Part shown: piece after piece, positions 19,993 to 28,415 of the stretch | Layout of the letters: each line of letters begins with the position of its first letter | Numbering within the stretch: position 1 is the first letter of the stretch | Source of the DNA: Candidatus Kerfeldbacteria bacterium | GTDB lineage: Bacteria > Patescibacteriota > Patescibacteriia > UBA9570 > XYC2-FULL-38-9 | Assembly: GCA_043813585.1 (NCBI GenBank) | Contig: JBDRKW010000002.1 | Coordinates: forward strand, 85,182 to 133,282 | DNA: 48,101 nucleotides | Direction of reading: 5' to 3' | Notes under the pieces: generated by a model | What the model saw: the letters and a program-made list of their open reading frames with translations, nothing else | The model's database searches: none | Told to the model about the DNA's origin: nothing | Position numbers and translations under genes: made by a program

Positions 19993-20457
19993 ATGCCGCT
20001 TCGTTTCATGATTGGCAGGATGCTGGTGGAGCTGCCGGACGACTGCCTGGCCCACCCCGGCCTGAGCGAACTGTTAGACCGGGCCGGGCCGATCCACCTG
20101 GAGCTCAACCGGCGCAACCTGGACCTGCTCGCGAGCGTGGTCGGCGACGACCGGCTGAACCTGGATGAACCTGTCCTCCGGAAACTCTGGGCGCCGGCAA
20201 TGGACCTGATCATGTGCATGCCGGGTACGAACTTCCTGAAGACCTCGGGCATCACGCACGTGTTCCAGCTCGTGTCCTACACCAGCCAGGAGCTGGCGGA
20301 TCTAGGCGCCCTGCCCCGCGTGGTCACTGACCTCAGCTATGAGCTCCGGTCGCGCGGGCTCCACCTCGGCCTGCTAACCAAGGCCGCGCAGGCAGTGCTG
20401 GCGCTCCGGCTGCTGCGCGAACGGCTGAACCGGGACACGCAAAGCGACGATGAGTAG
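19993..20457 (+). CDS. Stand-alone protein with an RNA polymerase alpha C-terminal domain-like region
   Basis: NFLKTSGITHVFQLVSYTSQEL...ELRSRGLHLG resembles alpha-CTD [22 protein letters not shown]...VLASRGLSLG; SD GGAGGAGGAG; GC-rich. Confidence 0.68.
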   Translation: MPLRFMIGRMLVELPDDCLAHPGLSELLDRAGPIHLELNRRNLDLLASVVGDDRLNLDEPVLRKLWAPAMDLIMCMPGTNFLKTSGITHVFQLVSYTSQELADLGALPRVVTDLSYELRSRGLHLGLLTKAAQAVLALRLLRERLNRDTQSDDE

Positions 20458-20479
20458 GAGGCTCTCATCGTTTTTTTTT
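20447..20479 (+). terminator. Intrinsic terminator
   Basis: ACGATGAG...CTCATCGT hairpin plus long T-run, overlapping the stop. Confidence 0.75.
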
Positions 20480-20526
20480 ACACAAAAACCGCGAACGTGT
20501 CCGCGGCCCGTTTGTGAAGCGATGTG

Positions 20527-20600
20527 TGGGCGCTGTAGGACTCGAACCTACGGCCTCCTCGGTGTAAACGAGATGCTCTAGCCAACTGAGCTAAGCGCCC
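20527..20600 (-). tRNA. tRNA-Val(TAC)
   Basis: GGGCGCT acceptor; anticodon loop TTTACAC; GGTTCGAGTCC. Confidence 0.95.
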
Positions 20601-20612
20601 TGGTGCGTTGTG

Positions 20613-20696
20613 TGCGCGAGAGAGGATTTGAACCTCCACGGGTGTTACCCCACAGCCACCTCAAGGCTGCGCGTATACCGATTCCGCCACTCGCGC
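20613..20696 (-). tRNA. tRNA-Leu(GAG)
   Basis: CAGCC-TTGAGGT-GGCTG; long variable arm; GGTTCAAATCC. Confidence 0.95.
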
Positions 20697-20748
20697 TTAT
20701 GCAGAAGGGGCATTCGCTGCCCCTTCGGCCTCATAAAAATCAAATGTA

Positions 20749-21342
20749 CTATTCCTTGACCAGCGTTTCCTTCAGCCGCTTGGTGTAGTCGCGCAGGTAA
20801 TACAGCTTGGATCGGCGCACTTTCGCTTTCTTGACTACTTCGATCTTGTCGATCAGCGGCGAGGCGAGCGGGTAGATCTTGTCTACCATCACGCCGAATG
20901 AGTTCTTTTGCACCGTCACGGTTTTGGTTTCCGGAGTCTTGCCGCGCATGGCGACCACCATCCCCTGGAATACCTGGACGCGCTCCTTTTCGCCTTCCTT
21001 CACCTTTTCATGGATGCGGATGGTCATGCCGGGACGCAGGTCGGGCAGCGCAATCTCTTCTGCTGCCAATGCCTCTTCTTCCGCCTGTTTGCGCGCCAAC
21101 TCTTCCTGTTCTGCGAGCGCCGCCTCGTCATCAATGGGTTTTGCCTCTTCTTTCTCTGCCTCTGCCGGTGCTTCTGCCGGCTTCTCGGTTGATTCCGGCT
21201 CTGATTTTGCTTCCTGTGGAGCTGGGGTTGGCTGTTCTGCGGGCTGTCCTGCCTGTTCCGGCTTCTTTTCGCCTTCTACAGGAACTTCTGCCGGCTTCTG
21301 CTCAGCACTCTCCGCTTCTTGTGGTTTGTTCTCGTCTGCCAT
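20749..21342 (-). CDS. rplS: 50S ribosomal protein L19 with long acidic N-terminal extension
   Basis: PDLRPG.TI..H.KVKEG.KER.Q.FQG...KVRRSKLYYLR. Confidence 0.95.
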   Translation of the reverse strand: MADENKPQEAESAEQKPAEVPVEGEKKPEQAGQPAEQPTPAPQEAKSEPESTEKPAEAPAEAEKEEAKPIDDEAALAEQEELARKQAEEEALAAEEIALPDLRPGMTIRIHEKVKEGEKERVQVFQGMVVAMRGKTPETKTVTVQKNSFGVMVDKIYPLASPLIDKIEVVKKAKVRRSKLYYLRDYTKRLKETLVKE

Positions 21343-21411
21343 ATTTATACTGATAATAGGTGGTTATTCAAAAAACAAGCTTTGCCATTATACTGAAACG
21401 CCCTCTATCCG

Positions 21412-22335
21412 TCAAGCCTTCAGGAATATGTTAAATTCTTCAGGAAGCGGGGCAATGAATTCAACTGGTTCGCCGGTGCGGGGATGCGCGAACGCCAGGC
21501 GGTAGGCGTGCAGGAACATGCGCGGATACTCCTTGTCCGTGGCCCAGTCCTTGGTGACATACTTCCGGTCGCCCACAATCGGGTGGCCGATCGCCGCCAT
21601 GTGCGCGCGGATCTGGTGCTGGCGCCCCGTCTTAATGCGCACTGCCAGCAGCGCATACCGCTTGTTGCGCGTTTCCAGTACGTCATACTCGGTCCAGGCA
21701 TCGCGCCCCTCCTCCTGGTGCTCCGGCCGCGCCGCCATCTTGCCGTTTTTCGTTGTTGACCGGGCAAGCTTGAACCTGACCACGCCGGTCTCATCTGCCG
21801 GCACGCCGTGCACGATCGCGCGGTATTCCTTCTGCACGCGGCGGTCCATGAACTGTTCCTTCATCTTTTCGAACGCCTCCTGGTTCTTAGCCGCCACCAT
21901 CACGCCGGACGCCTTCTTGTCCAGGCGGTGCACGATACCCGGCCGGTCCGGGTCTTCGCCCACGCCTTCCACCCCCGGGCAGTGCTTCAGCAGAAAATGC
22001 GCAACCGTCCACTCGCTCTTATCATGCGCCGGGTGGGTCAGCACGGTGTTGGGTTTGTTGATCACGATAATGTCGTCGTCCTCATACAAGATTGGAATAT
22101 CGACCGCGTCGCTTTCAGATGGCGCAGCCACCCCCTCTAAATCCACGTCCACCACAACAACATCGCCTTCATCCAGGAAGTGATGCTTGCTCACGGTTTT
22201 TCCGTTCACGGTAACCAGCCCGTGCTTCACCCATTTCTGCATCTGCGAACGCGAATGATCGGGAAATGTTCCCACTAAAAAATGATCGATCCTCCGGTCC
22301 TGATCCTCGCTCCGGATTCTGAATTCCTGATGCAT
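21412..22335 (-). CDS. RluA/RluD family pseudouridine synthase with S4 domain
   Basis: RIDHFL..SRS, NKP, RPGIVHRLDK..SG, TGR.HQIR.H, HPIVGD..Y, LHA. Confidence 0.93.
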   Translation of the reverse strand: MHQEFRIRSEDQDRRIDHFLVGTFPDHSRSQMQKWVKHGLVTVNGKTVSKHHFLDEGDVVVVDVDLEGVAAPSESDAVDIPILYEDDDIIVINKPNTVLTHPAHDKSEWTVAHFLLKHCPGVEGVGEDPDRPGIVHRLDKKASGVMVAAKNQEAFEKMKEQFMDRRVQKEYRAIVHGVPADETGVVRFKLARSTTKNGKMAARPEHQEEGRDAWTEYDVLETRNKRYALLAVRIKTGRQHQIRAHMAAIGHPIVGDRKYVTKDWATDKEYPRMFLHAYRLAFAHPRTGEPVEFIAPLPEEFNIFLKA

Positions 22336-23108
22336 TATTTTTTCTTTGACTTCTTGTGGCCGTGCTTTTTTGTCTGTACGTAAACGCTCTCTTCCAGAAT
22401 CGCCATTGCTTCGTCAGCGCTGTCCACAACCGTATAAATCTTTTTGTCTTCCGGGTTGATCGTTTTGTGCGTGATCATCTCCGCTTCGATGAATTTCTCG
22501 GCAAGCGTGCCCCAGAACTCCTTGCCCACCAGGATCACCGGGACCGGCTGCATTTTGTGCGTCTGGATCAGCGTCATGACTTCAAACACCTCATCCATTG
22601 TTCCGAACCCTCCGGGGAATGCGACAAACGCCTGCGACGGCGAGGTCAGCATGACTTTGCGGGTAAAGAAGAAGTGGAAGCCGAGGCCGTGGCGCACGTA
22701 TTTGTTGATGCGCTGTTCGAACGGCAGCTGGATGTTCAGGCCGATGGATTCGCCGCCCGCTTTGAATGCGCCCTTGTTCGCCGCTTCCATAATGCCCGGG
22801 CCGCCGCCGGTGATGACTGATAGTCCGTGCTTCGCCATTTTATAGGTAAGCTCTTCGCACATTTTGTAATACTTGGTTCCCGGCTTGGTTCGCGCGGACC
22901 CGAATACGGTGACATCTGCCGTAAGCTTGGACAGGAAGTCATAGCCATCCACAAACTCGGCCATAATGCGGAATATCCGCCAGGTGGCTTCTCCGCCGCG
23001 GAATTCCGTCGGATTAATGACTTCACCGCGCAGTTTGGCGATGTGGGTCTGTTTTTTTGCGTCGTTTGTCTGCGGGGCAGCTTTTTTGGATGATTTCTTT
23101 GCTGGCAT
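22335..23108 (-). CDS. LOG family (TIGR00730-type) Rossmann-fold protein
   Basis: WRIFRIMAEFVDG, VTVFGSAR, TGGGPGIMEAAN, FFTRKVM, PGGFGTMDE. Confidence 0.92.
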   Translation of the reverse strand: MPAKKSSKKAAPQTNDAKKQTHIAKLRGEVINPTEFRGGEATWRIFRIMAEFVDGYDFLSKLTADVTVFGSARTKPGTKYYKMCEELTYKMAKHGLSVITGGGPGIMEAANKGAFKAGGESIGLNIQLPFEQRINKYVRHGLGFHFFFTRKVMLTSPSQAFVAFPGGFGTMDEVFEVMTLIQTHKMQPVPVILVGKEFWGTLAEKFIEAEMITHKTINPEDKKIYTVVDSADEAMAILEESVYVQTKKHGHKKSKKK

Positions 23109-23177
23109 GTTCAAGGAGTTATTAATTTGCTCTATTGTACCATATTTCCGCGAAAAAACTCGCCGAAGCGGGTAATG

Positions 23178-23251
23178 TGGGCGGTACTGGATTCGAACCA
23201 GTGACCTCTTGCGTGTCGAGCAAGCACTCTAACCAACTGAGCTAGCGGCGC
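23178..23251 (-). pseudogene. Damaged duplicate of tRNA-Val(GAC), possible att site
   Basis: 23176-23244 matches 27259-27327 at 67/69 nt, but the 5' acceptor strand GCGCCGC mispairs with ACCGCCC. Confidence 0.75.
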
Positions 23252-23393
23252 GCGCCCTCGAGCAGCAATGCGCGACTCTGTATAATGTCGTGCTCTTTCT
23301 CATATTGATCCTTGACAAATGGATAATAATGTGGCAAGACGTAGCTACTTCTCGCTTGTTCCTTTCAACAAAATGTATTGGAGATGTACTACG

Positions 23394-24608
23394 ATGGGCA
23401 ATGCAAGGCAATTCTCGGCGCTCTTCTTCAACTTCAACCTAGTCCTGGTCCTGGTTCTCGGCGCGTGCGACACCGGCGACGACAACCCGTCTGACGACGA
23501 CATCGCTGGAGATGACGACACCGGAGACGACGACGATGCCACGGCTGATGACGACGACATCACCGGAGACGACGACACCACGTACGAGGACTTCATCTTC
23601 GAGCCGATGGAACCTCTCCCGGAGTTTGAAACCGTCGAGATCGTGAACAGCTGCGAGGGGCGCTGCTTCCTCGTGGCCGTGGCAGTCGCCGGGTCCTTCC
23701 CTGCCATCATCTGCGACGAGCAGATCGTATGGTACCAGGACTTCGCGGACTGCGACGGGGTCCATCCTGAAGCCGGGGTGGATGTCCGCACGATCTGGCG
23801 GGAGGGGCACCGCTACCCCAACGTGACGGTGGGGGCAGGTACTCCGTACCTGAAATACCCCCAGTCCGAGGTTGACCTCCGCGGGGAGAAGGTGTGGGAG
23901 AGCCGCATGGAGGAAGAGGACTACGGCTTCCCGCACCACCAGTTCCACCCTCTGCCCGGCGGCGGCTATGCCGGCATGGTGCTGAACGCTCGGGACGCGG
24001 AGCTGTGGGAGACGGACTATGTCCGCTTCTATGACGGAGACTCGTTCGAAGACGTCATCGAGGTCGATATCGATGACTGGGGTAACAATATCTTCCCCAC
24101 GGACGACACCGTCTACTACATCAACCGCTATTTCGGCGTCACTAAGACCAGGAAGTTCCAGAAAAATCCTTCCACGGGTGAGTGGGACGACGTCTGGGAC
24201 GAACCGCTGGTCAACTGGGGCACGGAAGGCCAGGGCATCGGCCATGGCCACGCGGCGACCAGGTTGGACGACGGCGACTGGCTGACGTTCAACAACGAGC
24301 CGGAGACGAAGGCCGTGCGCCTGTCGCTCGACGAGTCGACCGGTGTCGGCCACGTCGTGTGGGAGGAGATGTGGGCTGATCACCGCCAGGAGGGGGATCT
24401 CGAGATGATCCCGCAGTTCGGCAACGTCGAGCTGATGGACGACGGGAACTATCTCGTCAACTGGGGCTGGATCGGCAGCTTCCGGGCGCAGGTTGACGTG
24501 GTCACCGAGGACCACGAAACCGTGTGCTCGCTGACGATGTCGCCGGTGCATACGTTCTACGTAGTACGGCCGTTCCCAATCTATCTCCTGGGGGAGCTGG
24601 AGGAATAG
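23394..24608 (+). CDS. Lipoprotein with GDDD acidic repeats and an aryl-sulfate sulfotransferase-like propeller
   Basis: Lipobox VLGAC; repeated DDD linker; HHQF, GHGHAA..L.DG..L.FNN, GNVEL..DGN.LVNWG; GC-rich. Confidence 0.6.
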   Translation: MGNARQFSALFFNFNLVLVLVLGACDTGDDNPSDDDIAGDDDTGDDDDATADDDDITGDDDTTYEDFIFEPMEPLPEFETVEIVNSCEGRCFLVAVAVAGSFPAIICDEQIVWYQDFADCDGVHPEAGVDVRTIWREGHRYPNVTVGAGTPYLKYPQSEVDLRGEKVWESRMEEEDYGFPHHQFHPLPGGGYAGMVLNARDAELWETDYVRFYDGDSFEDVIEVDIDDWGNNIFPTDDTVYYINRYFGVTKTRKFQKNPSTGEWDDVWDEPLVNWGTEGQGIGHGHAATRLDDGDWLTFNNEPETKAVRLSLDESTGVGHVVWEEMWADHRQEGDLEMIPQFGNVELMDDGNYLVNWGWIGSFRAQVDVVTEDHETVCSLTMSPVHTFYVVRPFPIYLLGELEE

Positions 24609-24614
24609 TAACGA

Positions 24615-24700
24615 ACGGGCTCTGGTTTCTGAAACATGAAACCACAGCCCGTCTTTTTTTACTACCCTTTCACGCAAAAAAACCCGCCTGAGCGGGTTTT
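24615..24700. terminator. Two back-to-back terminators between convergent genes
   Basis: ACGGGCT...AGCCCGT plus T7 (plus strand); AAAACCCGC-ctga-GCGGGTTTT (minus strand). Confidence 0.75.
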
Positions 24701-24724
24701 ATGAGTATTACTGAATTTGCGTAT

Positions 24725-27193
24725 TTATCTCTTCCTGATGCGGACAAAACCAAACGTTCCCAAACCGAGCCCAAACGCGAGAACCAGCGTCAATAGCGAG
24801 AATTCAGGTACTGCGTCTCCTCCTTCTTCTTCCAACGGACCGTTGCGTTCGTCTGCACCGATATCATAGCTGCCTGCGCCGAGCCATGGGCGGCCTTGAG
24901 CATCGTAATCGTCTGTAATGCCTGAAGCCGTCAGGTCCACGCCTTCGTTGATAGCCGGTGATGCAATTAACAAATGCAAATCTGACGGTGCTCCTGCAAA
25001 TAACGGGTCAGCTTCAATGGAATTGCCGGCCGGATTATCCTGGCCAGATGCTGCGTACCACTCCGCAAGCGTGTCTGCTGTTGTTGTTGTCGGTTCCCAA
25101 TACCCTGCGTTTGCACCGCCGGGTGAGTATATAACGTTATAATCCGAACTAAAGCCGCCGGCTACGCTGTTGCCAAAATTGATGCCGGTTGAATTGGTTG
25201 AAATAATATTATTTGCCAGCGTTGTGTTTGTCACGTCGGCCATGCTAAATCCTCCAATATTAAGTTCCGCACCCCCGTTCTGGTAGAAGGAGTTATTGGC
25301 AACGAGCGTATTATCAGATCCCTCTACTACCCCACAGCCGGAAGAATTGCTATAAATAAAGTTATTATAGACTGTCTCGTCGTCTGAACCGTACACAATA
25401 AAACCAAAGTCGTTTCCGTAAAGGTCATTCCGATATACGGCATTAGAATCGCCCATGAATAATGCTACTCCTAAACCAAAGCCGCTGACAGAATTATTAT
25501 TATTGTAGACGTCGTTATCATAAATTTCATTGCCCGATGCAAGCTGAACCATAATACCTGCACCTCCATCTCCGGTACTGTCGTTATCGTAAATATCATT
25601 CCCGTTTATCGTATTATTGCCAGATGTATTTATAAGGACTCCATACTCATTATCGTGCACTGTATTATATGAAATGGTATTGTTCGAAGATGTGCCGGCC
25701 CCCGAATAGACACCGGCCATATCTGCATCATTATGGTAAGCAATTGTGTTGCCGGTAATGAGCGAATAGCTACAATCATTTCCGATTTCTACGCCATAGG
25801 TTCCATTGCTCTGGTCTGCATCGCCTGCATTTGTGCCGATGTAGTTTCCCTGAATAGTCGCATAGTTGCTACTGTCCGAACTGCAACCATTAAGATAGAC
25901 CCCTGAGCTGCCGTTGCTGGAGATTACATTTGCGTCGCTTGCTATTGTCCCGCCAAGCGTGGTGCTTGAAGCAACCCCAATCGACACCCCGTAGGTCGTG
26001 TTGAACCTGATCGTATTGCTGTAAATGTTTGAACTGGAAATATCGTCCAGTAAAATACCGTTGTAATTCGGCGCCGCACTGCCTACGCTGTCTACACCGA
26101 TTAAATTATCGTATATCTGTAAACCCGTAGCAGTAGGGTCTTCTATATCAATGCCGAAGCCGTCAGCTATATGGTTTTGGTTTCCTATGATGTTATCGAA
26201 ATAGGTATTATTGTCGCTGCCGCCATGGTTATGGATGCCGTGCTTATTATTTCCGATATCCTCATTATTGGGTCCCACGCCTATTAGATTATTGCGAATG
26301 GTATTGCCGTTACCGGAAACCATTATGCCGGTGGCATTTTCATCCGTACCGCTGCTAAAGCCGTTGCCGCCGATGATGTTTCTAAGATCGCCAGCACCAC
26401 CGATTGTGCTATTGGACCCTATCAGACCTATACCCTGCCAACCATTGCCGATTGTACTGGTGCCTGCGGCGTTCGTGCCGATTTTATTACCGGTGAGTAA
26501 GTGGCCGGTACCTCCATCTATACGTATGCCTTCAGATGTATTTCCAGATACAACACTATCAGTAATATAAATGCTTCCACTAGGTGTTAAACTGATTCCT
26601 CGGTTACCGAATCCTAAATCACTCGTTCCGTCGGTACCTATATATAATTGATCGAGCGTTATATTACTACCAGATCCTAAAATACCTCGATCTTGACCAT
26701 TAACAAGGCGGATGCCCCCATCTACTCCGCCATCAATAGTTACATTATCCTGTTCGATTGCAAACCCATTACCGTTAACACCTGCGCCGGTACTATCAAT
26801 GGTTATGTAGGTGACACCGCCTTCTGTGGTTATTGTTGTGAGAGCATCACCAGAATCATTAATTGCAGGTAAATTAGCAGTGAGGGAGATGGTGGCCATA
26901 TCAATGTCCGCATCAAAATAAATGGTGTCCGCGCCTGCGCAGGCGCTTGCTTCCTGGATAGCCGCTCTTAAGGTGCAATCGGCATCATCTGTCAAACAGA
27001 TGCAATCTCCAGGATTTATATCTGTTGCATTTGTCGCGTCATCGTTTGTATCTATATAATAGGTCCCTGCATAAACTGCACTGGTTGAGACAAAAAAAGC
27101 GATGCATAAAGTCAGCGCTATTAGGGGAATTCTGAGTTTTAAGTGGCTTCTAGCCATTAAACGTTTACTTTGTTTTCTGTTTTGATAAAGCAA
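24725..27193 (-). CDS. CSLREA-domain, parallel beta-helix surface protein with a C-terminal VPEF (PEF-CTERM-like) signal (start may be 27157)
   Basis: Signal peptide; CTLRAAIQEA; many GN.IG repeats; SPAINEG...YDIGADE; VPEFS + TM + RIRKR. Confidence 0.8.
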   Translation of the reverse strand: MLYQNRKQSKRLMARSHLKLRIPLIALTLCIAFFVSTSAVYAGTYYIDTNDDATNATDINPGDCICLTDDADCTLRAAIQEASACAGADTIYFDADIDMATISLTANLPAINDSGDALTTITTEGGVTYITIDSTGAGVNGNGFAIEQDNVTIDGGVDGGIRLVNGQDRGILGSGSNITLDQLYIGTDGTSDLGFGNRGISLTPSGSIYITDSVVSGNTSEGIRIDGGTGHLLTGNKIGTNAAGTSTIGNGWQGIGLIGSNSTIGGAGDLRNIIGGNGFSSGTDENATGIMVSGNGNTIRNNLIGVGPNNEDIGNNKHGIHNHGGSDNNTYFDNIIGNQNHIADGFGIDIEDPTATGLQIYDNLIGVDSVGSAAPNYNGILLDDISSSNIYSNTIRFNTTYGVSIGVASSTTLGGTIASDANVISSNGSSGVYLNGCSSDSSNYATIQGNYIGTNAGDADQSNGTYGVEIGNDCSYSLITGNTIAYHNDADMAGVYSGAGTSSNNTISYNTVHDNEYGVLINTSGNNTINGNDIYDNDSTGDGGAGIMVQLASGNEIYDNDVYNNNNSVSGFGLGVALFMGDSNAVYRNDLYGNDFGFIVYGSDDETVYNNFIYSNSSGCGVVEGSDNTLVANNSFYQNGGAELNIGGFSMADVTNTTLANNIISTNSTGINFGNSVAGGFSSDYNVIYSPGGANAGYWEPTTTTADTLAEWYAASGQDNPAGNSIEADPLFAGAPSDLHLLIASPAINEGVDLTASGITDDYDAQGRPWLGAGSYDIGADERNGPLEEEGGDAVPEFSLLTLVLAFGLGLGTFGFVRIRKR

Positions 27194-27260
27194 GCTGCTG
27201 AGTTGTTACCCGTAGCTACTTCTATTATAGCACTATATAAATATCTTTACAAGTGTCTTG

Positions 27261-27334
27261 TGGGCGATACTGGATTCGAACCAGTGACCTCTTGCGTGTC
27301 GAGCAAGCGCTCTAACCAACTGAGCTAACCGCCC
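27261..27334 (-). tRNA. tRNA-Val(GAC)
   Basis: Intact GGGCGGT/ATCGCCC acceptor; CTTGC-TCGACAC-GCAAG anticodon arm. Confidence 0.93.
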
Positions 27335-27339
27335 CCGTG

Positions 27340-27412
27340 TACTCCCGCCTGGAATCGAACCAGGGACCGGTGAGATATAAGCTCACTGCTCTAACCGCTG
27401 AGCTACGGGAGT
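27340..27412 (-). tRNA. tRNA-Ile(TAT/UAU)
   Basis: ACTCCCG/CGGGAGT acceptor, A73; GTGAG-CTTATAT-CTCAC anticodon arm; GGTTCGATTCC. Confidence 0.92.
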
Positions 27413-27430
27413 TCAAGTGCGCGCCACGGA

Positions 27431-28393
27431 CTACTTGCCGTGGTAAGCGCGGTGTATTTTTGACCGTTTCTTGCCCTTTGTCAACTCCAGGTACAGCAAC
27501 GTCCAGTTTCCATAATGCCATGCGGAGAACACTATCACGCCAAACACCACCAGCACGAACGACAGGGAGTAAGCCGCAAACGTGTACAGGTACACGCCGA
27601 CGATGGTTTGCGCCGATATCAGGAGCGCCGCTCCGAAGAACAGCAGGGGCACTGCCGCGAGCGCGCCAAACAATACGCCGAGCAGCACCACCAGGAAATA
27701 GGCGAAGAACATGAGGAACGCCAGCTCAATGGATACGCCGGCGTTATGCCGGAACAGCTCCCAGCTTTTCCTGATCGCCTCCTTTGTGCCGCTTCCCTTA
27801 ATGACAATGTCTGCTACCGCAAATTTGATGAGCATCGAAATCAGGATTGCCAACGGGGTGAGCACTAAAAATAACAGGAGCGAGATTACCAGTTTGGACG
27901 TCTGCACGTTTGCCAGAAACAGCGGCAGCGCAACCAGCGCCAGCAACAGGTACGAGACGCCCTTTCCGATCAGGTTCACCCACAGCACCGGCCAAAAATG
28001 CTTTTCGCCGGATTCCACCACCTGGCCGAGCGTGATTTTTTTCTTTGACCGCGTGCGGACCGCTTTCGCGAACCCGTCAACAAGGCCGATCTGCGAATAC
28101 ATAATCAGCACCAGCACAAATATGCCCAGCACAAGTGATGCGATCACCATGGCAGCCAGCGTCAGGTTCGGAGCCAGCGCCTGGTCAATGAGCTGCGCCC
28201 ACTGGTCGAGCTCCCAGAATTGCGGGTTAAACGGGCTGAACCGGCTGTTGAGCAGGTTGCCGTTGGTCGAGAAGATCTCGAGTTCTATTCCTTTGCCGCC
28301 CCAGAACAGCGTGAAAAAACCAAGCAGCCACAGGACCCGTTGTTTTTTTGTGACCTTCCATGATTTTTGGAAGATCGTATTGTAGAATTTCAT
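27431..28393 (-). CDS. Multi-pass membrane protein, function unknown
   Basis: About 6 TM helices; W.....LWL.G, G..HFW.V, AI..SW.LF, W.L.Y..L pattern. Confidence 0.8.
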   Translation of the reverse strand: MKFYNTIFQKSWKVTKKQRVLWLLGFFTLFWGGKGIELEIFSTNGNLLNSRFSPFNPQFWELDQWAQLIDQALAPNLTLAAMVIASLVLGIFVLVLIMYSQIGLVDGFAKAVRTRSKKKITLGQVVESGEKHFWPVLWVNLIGKGVSYLLLALVALPLFLANVQTSKLVISLLLFLVLTPLAILISMLIKFAVADIVIKGSGTKEAIRKSWELFRHNAGVSIELAFLMFFAYFLVVLLGVLFGALAAVPLLFFGAALLISAQTIVGVYLYTFAAYSLSFVLVVFGVIVFSAWHYGNWTLLYLELTKGKKRSKIHRAYHGK

Positions 28394-28415
28394 ATTCCTC
28401 CGAACTTAATGGTAT

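Noticed and set aside
23474-23580. GACGACGAC repeats as a possible CRISPR array or DNA repeat element
   Set aside because: They encode the Asp-rich linker. No repeat-spacer periodicity or cas genes were seen anywhere in the window.
23439-24677. 412-aa antisense ORF
   Set aside because: Mirror of the GC-rich lipoprotein gene, which has the lipobox, SD and terminator.
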